Source: Planctomycetota bacterium (GTDB lineage: Bacteria > Planctomycetota > B15-G4). From it: a stretch of DNA of 64,000 nt. Below are positions 8,674 to 17,128 of this stretch, one piece after another (within the stretch, counting starts at the first letter, position 1; the number at the start of each line of letters is the position of its first letter). Both the position numbers and the translations under genes were made by a program. The notes beneath the pieces were generated by a model. That model was not told the DNA's origin. It made no database searches and saw only the letters and a list, made by a program, of their open reading frames with translations. The DNA lies in the NCBI GenBank assembly GCA_038212275.1, contig JBBQUR010000001.1, positions 288,001-352,000 of the forward strand. The letters are read 5' to 3'.

Positions 8674-9966
8674 CTAGGGCAGCTGCTTGCCGAGCTTCAG
8701 CGTGGCGCGCGCCTGCCCGGCCGGCCCGCCTCCCCAGAGCACGCCCTTTCCCTTCAGCGGCGTGAAGAGTCCGTCGGCATTCGTGCTGCCGGTGGCGGAC
8801 AGCAGAAGCTGGAGCTGCTGCGCCTGCGTGCCGTTGCCCGTGGCGAAGGCGCCTTGCAGGACGAGCGTCGACGGAGTCTCGTCGCGGCTCTGGAAGCCGC
8901 GGAGCACCAGCGAGCGCGAGCCGAAGAGCCCGGCCAGTCCGGTGTCCTCGGTGAATGCGAGGCCGAGCGTGAGCGATCCGGGCATGACCGAGAGCACGCA
9001 GGACTGCTTGAACTTGGTCTCGCTCGCGTCGGCCTGCATGAGGCTTCCCGCGAGTGTCGCGGCGAAGCGTGCCGGCGCGAAGGCGAGGTCGCCTCCCAGG
9101 ACGATGCCGGCCTCGGCGCCGAGCTGCCGCACGAGCGTTCCGTCGTCGGCGAGCACGCTGATGAGGCTGCTGTCGCGCGAGACGACGTAGAGCAGCCCGT
9201 CGGGCCCGATGGCGACGCCTGCCGTGGCGTCGAGATCTGCGGAGGGTCCGAGCATGGCGAGTTCCGCGCCCGACGAACCGAGCGCGACCACGCTCTGCCC
9301 CGTCCCGGAACTGACGAAGAGGCTGCCATCCAGCCCGAAGCAGAGGCTGATGGCGAGGCCGAGCGAGCTGTCTGCGCCGAGTTCGCGCAGCGTGGCGCCT
9401 GCCGCATCGAACTCGAGGACGCGTCCGGTGGCCGCGCTGGCGACGAAGAGGTGACCGTCCGCGCCGAAGGCAAGATCCGACGGCACGACGACGTTGGCGC
9501 CCGCACCGATGGTGCCGAGCAGCGTGCCGTCGGTGTCGAACTCGAAGATCGTGCCGGTGCCGAGATCACCGGTGAGGACGTGACCCGTGGGACCCACGGC
9601 GAGGCCGCGCGGAGAGAGCAGGCCCGAACCCGCGCCGAGCGTCGCGACCACAGAGCCACTCGCGTCGAAGCCAAGCAGCCGATCGCTGCCGGAGGACGCG
9701 ACCCAGAGCACGCCCTGCGCGTCGAAGGCGACTCCGGCCGGCGCGAGCAACCCCGAACCGGCACCGAGCGCACGCACCAGGCTGCCCGAGGCATCCAGCT
9801 CGAGCACGGTGTTGCTGCCCTCGGAGCAGACGAAGAGATGCTGCGCCGCAAAGTCGCCGGCGCGCGCGGGGGCGCTCAGCGCAGGCGAGAGCAGGGCAAC
9901 CAGCGTTGCCGCGACGAACGCGGCGCGGGCGTGGACGGACGAGCAGGCAGCGGGGTGGGCGGACAT
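8674..9966 (-). CDS. Secreted NHL-repeat beta-propeller protein
   Basis: Signal peptide, then repeated PxGLAFGPDGxLxVxS units and a distinct C-terminal domain. Confidence 0.8.
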   Translation of the reverse strand: MSAHPAACSSVHARAAFVAATLVALLSPALSAPARAGDFAAQHLFVCSEGSNTVLELDASGSLVRALGAGSGLLAPAGVAFDAQGVLWVASSGSDRLLGFDASGSVVATLGAGSGLLSPRGLAVGPTGHVLTGDLGTGTIFEFDTDGTLLGTIGAGANVVVPSDLAFGADGHLFVASAATGRVLEFDAAGATLRELGADSSLGLAISLCFGLDGSLFVSSGTGQSVVALGSSGAELAMLGPSADLDATAGVAIGPDGLLYVVSRDSSLISVLADDGTLVRQLGAEAGIVLGGDLAFAPARFAATLAGSLMQADASETKFKQSCVLSVMPGSLTLGLAFTEDTGLAGLFGSRSLVLRGFQSRDETPSTLVLQGAFATGNGTQAQQLQLLLSATGSTNADGLFTPLKGKGVLWGGGPAGQARATLKLGKQLP

Positions 9967-10031
9967 GCCGTCCTCATCGGACGGCGCCCGGGCATGTCTG
10001 GAATCTGAGTCGCGCAGGACTCAGGCAGCAC

Positions 10032-10964
10032 TCAGAAGGTGTAGCCCAGCGAGGCGAAATAGTCCCAGTCGGTCTTGTGGACGTCGCCTTCCGCGGTGCT
10101 GTCGTAGTCCATTTCGAGACCGATCTTGAAGATCCAGGGCGAGTCGTCGGCAATCTGGGTCTGCCAGGCGGTGCGCGCCAGGGCCCGGTACTGTCCGAGA
10201 TCGTTCAGGATCGGGTAGATCTCGCCGCCGGCCGTGACCTTCGTGGTCGCGCTCAGGTTGTGCCAGTAGTCGATGCCCAGCACGCCTTCCGGACGCACTC
10301 CGTCATCGTCGCCGCCGTAGTCCTTGGACAGTCCCAGGCCGAAGCGACCCTGCAGCCAGGTGTCCTTGGTGTCCTCGAAGTCGTAGCTGCGGCCGGCATT
10401 CACGCCGACGCGATAGTCGAAGTCGCGGAACTTGTCGGTCTGCACGGAAGCGCCGACGAAGGTGCCCCAGGGCGAATCGGCCTCGGGCCAGGTCACGCGT
10501 CCCTCGGTCAGGCTGTTGTTGGCAGTGACCTCGTTGTCCTGCGTCGCCCGCTGGTAGGTGAATCCGAGGTCGATGACGCGCGTGTCGGTCTTGTGTTTCG
10601 CCACGAAGGCCCCGCGGATGTTCTGGTTGTCCGTGTTGCCGGTGGAGCCGTTGACGCCGGCCTCGAAGGTGCCGCTCCACGGCGACGGCGGGGGCGTCTG
10701 CTCGGGCACCGCCACGTCGATGACGGCAGAGGGCGGCGCGAGGGCGATCTTTGGCACCTTGAGGACGCCGAGGTCCGGGTGCTGCATCGTGATGAACTCG
10801 TCGTCTTCGGCGAGGATCACGCCTGTGACCGAGTCGCCCGACGCGAGCACCACCTTCTGCGTGGGAGCCGGGACCGGCGGGTTCACCTGCGCGGCCGCAA
10901 GGCGGGCAGGAACGAGCATGCTGCCGATCATGGCCAGCACTGAGAGGGCGACGCGGATAGTCAA
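10032..10964 (-). CDS. DUF481/YdiY-family outer-membrane beta-barrel protein
   Basis: Signal peptide, WSGTFEAGVNGSTGNT, C-terminal SLGYTF ending in Phe; GGAG before the TTG. Confidence 0.8.
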   Translation of the reverse strand: MTIRVALSVLAMIGSMLVPARLAAAQVNPPVPAPTQKVVLASGDSVTGVILAEDDEFITMQHPDLGVLKVPKIALAPPSAVIDVAVPEQTPPPSPWSGTFEAGVNGSTGNTDNQNIRGAFVAKHKTDTRVIDLGFTYQRATQDNEVTANNSLTEGRVTWPEADSPWGTFVGASVQTDKFRDFDYRVGVNAGRSYDFEDTKDTWLQGRFGLGLSKDYGGDDDGVRPEGVLGIDYWHNLSATTKVTAGGEIYPILNDLGQYRALARTAWQTQIADDSPWIFKIGLEMDYDSTAEGDVHKTDWDYFASLGYTF

Positions 10965-11199
10965 CGCAGTGAACTCCGGGCAGGGCGCGCGTGCGAATCG
11001 AAGGGCAGAGACGTTAGGGGATGGGGGTGCCGCCGATCAATGGTGCCGGCGCCGGCGCTCGCGAGCTGACGTCCTGGCGTCGATGCCGCGGCCCTCCTGC
11101 CACACAGTCGTCGGTGTATGCTTCGGGGCACGCGGTCTGCGGGGCTGCCTTGGGACGTCCCGGAGTTGATCGCAGCCCGGCCGCGCGGAGCGTCTCTCC

Positions 11200-12042
11200 A
11201 TGCTGGTGTCCCGATTCATGACAAGGCGTCCCGTGACGGTGACGCCTTCCACTTCACTCGATGAGGCCATCCGCCTCATGGAACAGCACCGTTTCCGGCA
11301 CCTCCCGGTCGTGGCTGATGGAGCGGTCGTCGGCATGCTCTCCGATCGGGACGTGCGTCTGGGCACGGGTGGGCAGTCGCTCGGCGAACTGCACGTGCCT
11401 CGCGATGCGGCGCTGCCGTCGCGTGTCGAGGAACTCATGCACTCGCCCGCCCTGTGCGTGCAGAGCGATGAGCGCGGTCCGGCCGCCGCCCTGCGGATGG
11501 TCGAGCACCGCATCGGCGCCCTGCCGGTGCTCCAGGACGGGCGCCTGGCGGGCATCGTCACGGAAACGAATCTCGTCACCGCTTTCCGCGACCTCTGCCG
11601 CGATCCGGCAAGTGCCGACGTGCTGGACCGCAACGTCGAGGAGCTGATGCACTCGCTGGTGGTCACGCTCGGCCCGGGCGACACGCTCGAGGAAGCCATC
11701 CACCATTGCCGCGACTGGCGCATCCGGCACATCCCCGTCCTCGACGACAGGGACGAACTGGTGGGCATGGTGTCGGACCGTGACATCCGGCTCGCGATGG
11801 GGCGTGCGCTCGTCGCGGATGCACTTGCGGCGAAGCGCGGCGGGGCGCCCGAGCCCGCGCCGACCATCAGCGGGCTCATGTCCGGGAACGTCGTGAGCAT
11901 CGATCCGCGCGAGCCGTTGTCGCGCGCGGTGAGCGTGATGCTGGGCGGACGCATCTCTGCCCTGCCGGTCATGCTCGACGGCATGCTGCTCGGCATCATC
12001 ACGCGCACCGACATCCTCGAGCACTACGGAACGATTGCGTGA
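11200..12042 (+). CDS. CBS-domain protein (two Bateman pairs)
   Basis: Four CBS units (FRHLPVV, IGALPVL, IRHIPVL, ISALPVM), each followed by GxxS/TxxD-type motifs. Confidence 0.9.
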   Translation: MLVSRFMTRRPVTVTPSTSLDEAIRLMEQHRFRHLPVVADGAVVGMLSDRDVRLGTGGQSLGELHVPRDAALPSRVEELMHSPALCVQSDERGPAAALRMVEHRIGALPVLQDGRLAGIVTETNLVTAFRDLCRDPASADVLDRNVEELMHSLVVTLGPGDTLEEAIHHCRDWRIRHIPVLDDRDELVGMVSDRDIRLAMGRALVADALAAKRGGAPEPAPTISGLMSGNVVSIDPREPLSRAVSVMLGGRISALPVMLDGMLLGIITRTDILEHYGTIA

Positions 12043-12064
12043 GCGACGCTCGGGGCGTGTGCGG

Positions 12065-13924
12065 ATGAGTGTCGGATCGGGCCGCGCGTCGCGTGGACGT
12101 GCCGCCCTGTACGTGGTGCACGCGCTGCTCGGCCTCTGGGCCGTGCGGGCCTGGGCCGATGGCCCGTTTCATGGCGAGGCGATCCAGGACGCCGCCAACG
12201 TGCTGCGGCTCGCGATGTTCGGCCCGGGGGCCGGTGCCGAACCGTGCAGTCCGCTGTACCCGGCCTTGCTCGGCATCGTGCTGGCACTGCGTGCGTCACC
12301 GGTCTGGGTCTTCGGATGTCTGGGCGTGGCGACCTCGCTCGCGGTGCTGGCCGGGATATCCGCCTTGTGCCGCAGGCTTGCCGACCCGAGCGCCGCTTTC
12401 CGGGCAATGCTGCTCTATGTGCTGTCGGGCTCCGTGCTGGCCTTCATTCCGCAGCCGCTGCCCGTGCTGCTGGGGACGGCGCTGCTGCTGTGGGGCAGTG
12501 TTGCGCTGACGGCGCGGCGTGCACCGGACGCGACGGGTGGCGAGACCGGTGGCGAGACCGCTGCAGCCGGCGCCGAGAAGCTCGCTTCGCTGCCCGTGAG
12601 GCACGCGCTTCTCGGCGGCGCGCTGCTCGCGGCCAGCGTGCTGACGCAGGCCCCGCTGCTGCTGCCTGCACTCTGCATCGTCGCCGGGCTGCTGCGCCGC
12701 GAGACGGTGCGCGTGGCGGCGGCGTTCGGTGCGGCGCTGCTGGTGGTGGCGCTTGCCGCTGTCGCGTTGCCGCTCGAGCTCTGGCCTGCCGGCGCCGGGC
12801 TGCAGATGCGCCTCGGCAACGGCGGTGCGCGCAGCGGATGCCCCGACGTGCGCCCGGGCCCCGCGCTCGACCAGATGCGGGTGGAGCCGGTGGTGGCGGC
12901 CTGGGAGTCAGCCGATGCCTCCCTCTCGGCGGACGCGTGGCAGGTCGGGCGACTTCTCGAGGAGTGCGCCGAAGATCCCGCGGGAGCCTTCGTGACGCTG
13001 TGCCGCAAGCTCTACCTGTTCTGGCAGCGCACTGAAATCGTCGAGGGCGCGGACTTCCGCCACGGGCTGTCGGGCATGGCGCCGGAGCGACTGCTGCTGC
13101 TGAGTTTCGGCCTGATCGGGCCGCTGGCTCTGGCCAGCCTCCGGAGCCGGGCAGGCGCCGTGCGTTCGCGACACGGCTGGCGCCAGGGCGCGGTGTGGTG
13201 GCCGGTGCTCGGCGTGCTGCTCGCCAATCTCGCCATGTTCACGTCCAGCCGCCACCGGCTGCCGGCGCTGCCGTATCTGTGCATGGCTGCGGGGATCTGG
13301 CTCGCGGCTCGTCCCCGGCGCCCGGAATGGATGCTCGCCGCGGCGCTGGGAGTCGTGCTCAATGCGGATCTCGCCAGCCGGCCATTGATCTGGGCCGGCG
13401 ATGGCGAACTGCAGGAGGGCGCGCTGCTCCTGTCGGAGGGAGTCGTCGATCCGGCCTCGGTCGTGCTGGCGCGTGCCGCACAGGTCGGTGCCGACCCGCG
13501 CGCCGCCTTGCTGCTGGGTGCGGCCTTCGACCGCGAGGTGAGCCTGCACGGCGATCTCACGCTGCGCCTGCAGGCCGAGGCGTGGTATCGCGAGGCTCTT
13601 GCGCGGCGGTCGCTCTATCCCGACGCCGCCGATGCGCTCATGCGCAGTCTCGTCACGCAGGGGAAGCCCGAAGAAGGTCTCTCTTTCGGGCAGGCGTATG
13701 TCGGGCGCGATGCATGGGCAGGCGCCGCGCGTCTCTCGCTGGCGTCGATGGTGGTGCAGCTCGGCGACAAGCAGGGCGCGCGGGACCTGCTCGTCGAGGG
13801 CAACCGCAACATCGCGCTCTGGGCCATCGCGCACAACGATCCGCAACTGGCGCAGCGCTGCACCACGGAGCTGCTGCGACTCGCGGCTCGCGACCCGGTC
13901 CTCGAAGCGCTGGCGGCCCGGTGA
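12065..13924 (+). CDS. Polytopic membrane protein, GT-C/ArnT-like, with C-terminal TPR-like region
   Basis: SPLYP motif, many TM helices, MRLGNG loop, RKLYLFW, SRHRLP, helical C-terminus. Confidence 0.6.
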   Translation: MSVGSGRASRGRAALYVVHALLGLWAVRAWADGPFHGEAIQDAANVLRLAMFGPGAGAEPCSPLYPALLGIVLALRASPVWVFGCLGVATSLAVLAGISALCRRLADPSAAFRAMLLYVLSGSVLAFIPQPLPVLLGTALLLWGSVALTARRAPDATGGETGGETAAAGAEKLASLPVRHALLGGALLAASVLTQAPLLLPALCIVAGLLRRETVRVAAAFGAALLVVALAAVALPLELWPAGAGLQMRLGNGGARSGCPDVRPGPALDQMRVEPVVAAWESADASLSADAWQVGRLLEECAEDPAGAFVTLCRKLYLFWQRTEIVEGADFRHGLSGMAPERLLLLSFGLIGPLALASLRSRAGAVRSRHGWRQGAVWWPVLGVLLANLAMFTSSRHRLPALPYLCMAAGIWLAARPRRPEWMLAAALGVVLNADLASRPLIWAGDGELQEGALLLSEGVVDPASVVLARAAQVGADPRAALLLGAAFDREVSLHGDLTLRLQAEAWYREALARRSLYPDAADALMRSLVTQGKPEEGLSFGQAYVGRDAWAGAARLSLASMVVQLGDKQGARDLLVEGNRNIALWAIAHNDPQLAQRCTTELLRLAARDPVLEALAAR

Positions 13925-13988
13925 GGGCAAGTCCATCCTGCACATGCGTCCCGGCGCGATGGCCGCGAGGCGCCTACGGAGAGAGTCG

Positions 13989-15437
13989 ATGAGGATCACG
14001 TTTCTGGGCGCCACGGGCGAGGTGACCGGCAGCAGCTTCCTGGTCGAGACGAGCCGCGCTCGACTGTTGCTCGACTTCGGCCTGCACCAGGGCGGACAGG
14101 GCGCGGAGCTGGCGAACCGGCGTCGCGTGCCGGCCGACTTCTCGCGCCTCGACGCCGTGGTGCTGAGCCATGCGCACATCGATCACTCCGGCCGCCTGCC
14201 GCTGCTTCCGGGCGCCGGCTGCCGCGCCCCGGTGTGGTGCACTCCCGCGACCGCCGACCTCGCGGGCATTCTGCTCCCGGACTCGGCGCACGTGCAGGCG
14301 CACGACTCGGCACGCTGGGCGCGACGACGCGAGGATCGGGGCCGCCCGGCGCGACAGCACAGGCGCGAGAGACGCGGAGCGCAGAGATCCGCACCGGCAT
14401 CCGCTGCGCCGCCCGCGCTCTACGACCTTGCGGACGTGGATCTGGTGCTGGAGCAATTCCGGCCGCTGCGCTACGGCCATGAGCGCGAGATCGCTCCCGG
14501 TGTCCGCCTGCGACTCCACGATGCCGGACACATCCTCGGCTCCGCGGTGGTGGACCTGACGCTGCAGGACGGAAGTCGCTCGCTGCGGCTCGTCTTCTCG
14601 GGCGACATCGGCGGCTCGCACCAGCCGCTGCTCCGCGACCCGGTCACTCCCGATGGGGCCGACGTGCTGCTCATGGAGTCCACGTACGGCGATCGCAATC
14701 ACCGCCCGCCACAGGCCACGCGCGACGAGCTGCTGGAGGTCCTGGTCGCCGCGCACGCCTCGGGGGGCAAGGTGCTCGTGCCCGCGTTCGCCGTGGGGCG
14801 CACGCAGCAGATCCTCTACGAACTCGGCGAGTTCCAGCGGGCCGGCACGCTGCCGCACATGCCGGTGTTCGTGGACAGTCCGATGGCCATCACCACGACC
14901 GAGCTCTACCGCCGGCATCGCGAACTCTTCGATGCAGAGGCCTGGGCGATCATCGACTCCGGGCATGCGCCGCTGGACTTCCCGGGCTTGTCCTTCTGTC
15001 GTTCGCCGCAGGAGTCCATGGCGCTCAACTCGCTGGCAGGGCCGGCGGTCATCATTGCGGCGTCGGGCATGCTGAACGGCGGGCGCATCGTGCACCACCT
15101 CAAGCACCACGCGGCCTCGCCGGAGGCGCACATCGTCATCGTCGGTTACCAGGCTCGTGGCACGCCGGGGCGTGCGCTCGTCGAAGGGCACCGGCAGGTG
15201 CGGCTCATGGGCGAGAGCGTGACGGTGAATGCGCGGGTGCACACGCTGGGCGGTTTCTCGGCGCACGCCGGACAGACGGAACTCGTCCAGTGGGCCGCGC
15301 CGCTGGCCGCGCTGAAGCCCGCGACGTACCTCGTGCACGGCGAGGATCCTGCCCGACGGGCCCTTGCCGACTGCCTGCAGTCAGGTCTCGGGATGCTCGC
15401 GCACAGCCCGCAACCCGGCCAGGTGATCACGCTCTGA
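13989..15437 (+). CDS. MBL-fold beta-CASP ribonuclease-like hydrolase
   Basis: GATGEVTGS, SHAHIDHSG, AGHILGS, MESTYG, PAFAVGR, FSAHAGQ and LVHGE motifs. Confidence 0.92.
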   Translation: MRITFLGATGEVTGSSFLVETSRARLLLDFGLHQGGQGAELANRRRVPADFSRLDAVVLSHAHIDHSGRLPLLPGAGCRAPVWCTPATADLAGILLPDSAHVQAHDSARWARRREDRGRPARQHRRERRGAQRSAPASAAPPALYDLADVDLVLEQFRPLRYGHEREIAPGVRLRLHDAGHILGSAVVDLTLQDGSRSLRLVFSGDIGGSHQPLLRDPVTPDGADVLLMESTYGDRNHRPPQATRDELLEVLVAAHASGGKVLVPAFAVGRTQQILYELGEFQRAGTLPHMPVFVDSPMAITTTELYRRHRELFDAEAWAIIDSGHAPLDFPGLSFCRSPQESMALNSLAGPAVIIAASGMLNGGRIVHHLKHHAASPEAHIVIVGYQARGTPGRALVEGHRQVRLMGESVTVNARVHTLGGFSAHAGQTELVQWAAPLAALKPATYLVHGEDPARRALADCLQSGLGMLAHSPQPGQVITL

Positions 15438-15536
15438 AGGCGTCCCGGCGGGAGATCCGTACGGCACCTCCTCGAGCGCGCCTCGTCGAGCGCGTCTCGT
15501 GCGGGCCGCTGGTGCGGGCGCGCGGTCCCGGTCCCG

Positions 15537-16916
15537 TCACGTGCCCTTGAGGCGGCCCGCCGGATGCAGTGGCCCCGCGAGCGGCGCCGCGTAGGCGACG
15601 AAGGCCGCGGTGATGTCGTTGCCCTTTGCATTGACGAAGGCGCGCGGCATCGGTTTGGTGAACCTGGCCACTTCGGACAGCGCGACGAGCTCCGTGCGGC
15701 AGCGGTAGCGACGACCCGGCTCGCGCCGCAGCACGACCGTGCCGGAGTCGGCCTGCAGCGCGTAGCGCACCGCGTCGCGCCCGACGAGACGCGCCTCCTG
15801 CGCGTCGCTCCGGCTCCAGACGCCGGCGAAGCTGCGCTGCAGGTAGCCGAAGGTGTCGGCGCGGACGCGCGCCCCGGGGAGCGCGCCACGGACAAGTCCC
15901 GCGAGGTGGTCGCCCAGCGCGCCGCTGCCCGAGAGCTGCACGTTTCCGTGCGCATCACGCTCCGACTTCGCGGCAAGCTTCTCCGCGACGGTGATGCCGG
16001 CCGCGTCGTGCACGCCTTCGCTCACCGCGACGACACAACGGCCAAGTCGTTCGTTGACCGCGATCACGTCGGCGACGAAACGGCGCTCGTCGAAGTCGAC
16101 CTCGGGCACGTAGACCAGGTGGGGGCCGTCGTCCGGGGCCTTGCGCGCCAGCACCGACGCCGCGGTGAGGAAACCCGCGTTGCGTCCCATGACGATGTTG
16201 ATCTTGATGCCGTTCAACGAACGGTTGTCGAGATCGTCGCCGAGAAAGGCCTGCGCGACGAACCTGGCCGCGCTGCCGTAGCCGGGGCAATGGTCCGTGA
16301 CGCGCAGGTCGTTGTCGATCGTCTTGGGCACGTGGAAGATGCGCAGGTCGTGTCGCTGTTCGCGCGCGCACTGGAGCAGGATGTCGGCCGTCTCGGCGGA
16401 GTCGTTGCCGCCGATGTAGAACAGGAATCGGATCTCGTGCTTCCTGAAGGTCTCGAACATCGCGAGGCATTCCTCGCGGGTCGGCTTCTTGCGCACCGAG
16501 CCCAGCGCCGCGGCCGGCGTCGCCGCCACGCGCTCGAGGTTCGCCACCGTTTCGCGGCCGAGGTCGAGCAGGTCGTCCTTGAGGATGCCGCTGACGCCGT
16601 GCCGCGCTCCGAAGACCTTGCGGATCACGCCGGGATGGCGGCGCGCTTCGAGCACGATGCCGACCAGCGACTGGTTGATCACGACCGTCGGCCCGCCCGA
16701 CTGGCCGATGAGCGCATTGCCTGCGAAGGCCTGGCTGGCGCGCCGGGAGCCTCGCGCTGCCTTGCCGGCGCGTGCGGCCTTGCCGGACCCGGCCCTGGAC
16801 TTGCCCTTGGCGGGGGGGGCGCCTGCCGCGCTGCCGGGGCCGGCCTTGCTTCGGCCGGCTCCGGAACGGGAGCGGCTGCGGCGGGGGGCGACTCCGGTGC
16901 GGTGTCGGGCTGGCAT
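15537..16916 (-). CDS. pfp: 6-phosphofructokinase, probably PPi-dependent
   Basis: GQSGGPT, GGNDS, PKTIDNDL, MGRNAGF and FGYLQR motifs; Asp in GGND and Lys in PKT are the PPi-type signature. Confidence 0.85.
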   Translation of the reverse strand: MPARHRTGVAPRRSRSRSGAGRSKAGPGSAAGAPPAKGKSRAGSGKAARAGKAARGSRRASQAFAGNALIGQSGGPTVVINQSLVGIVLEARRHPGVIRKVFGARHGVSGILKDDLLDLGRETVANLERVAATPAAALGSVRKKPTREECLAMFETFRKHEIRFLFYIGGNDSAETADILLQCAREQRHDLRIFHVPKTIDNDLRVTDHCPGYGSAARFVAQAFLGDDLDNRSLNGIKINIVMGRNAGFLTAASVLARKAPDDGPHLVYVPEVDFDERRFVADVIAVNERLGRCVVAVSEGVHDAAGITVAEKLAAKSERDAHGNVQLSGSGALGDHLAGLVRGALPGARVRADTFGYLQRSFAGVWSRSDAQEARLVGRDAVRYALQADSGTVVLRREPGRRYRCRTELVALSEVARFTKPMPRAFVNAKGNDITAAFVAYAAPLAGPLHPAGRLKGT

Positions 16917-17128
16917 GTGATGACTCCGAGGCAGGAAGCGCATGTCATACGGCGTGGCCGGCCGGTGAATCCAGTCGGCGCGGAGCGCTGGAAATGGCTT
17001 GGGAATCGTCGCCGTCGTTGACACCCGTGGCTGTGGCCCGGTAGTTTGTCGAACCTTTCGCTCGACCCCGCGCAGGCGCGTACTCGGCCGCCTATCCCGA
17101 CAGCGCGTCGGTCCCAGGACACAAACCC

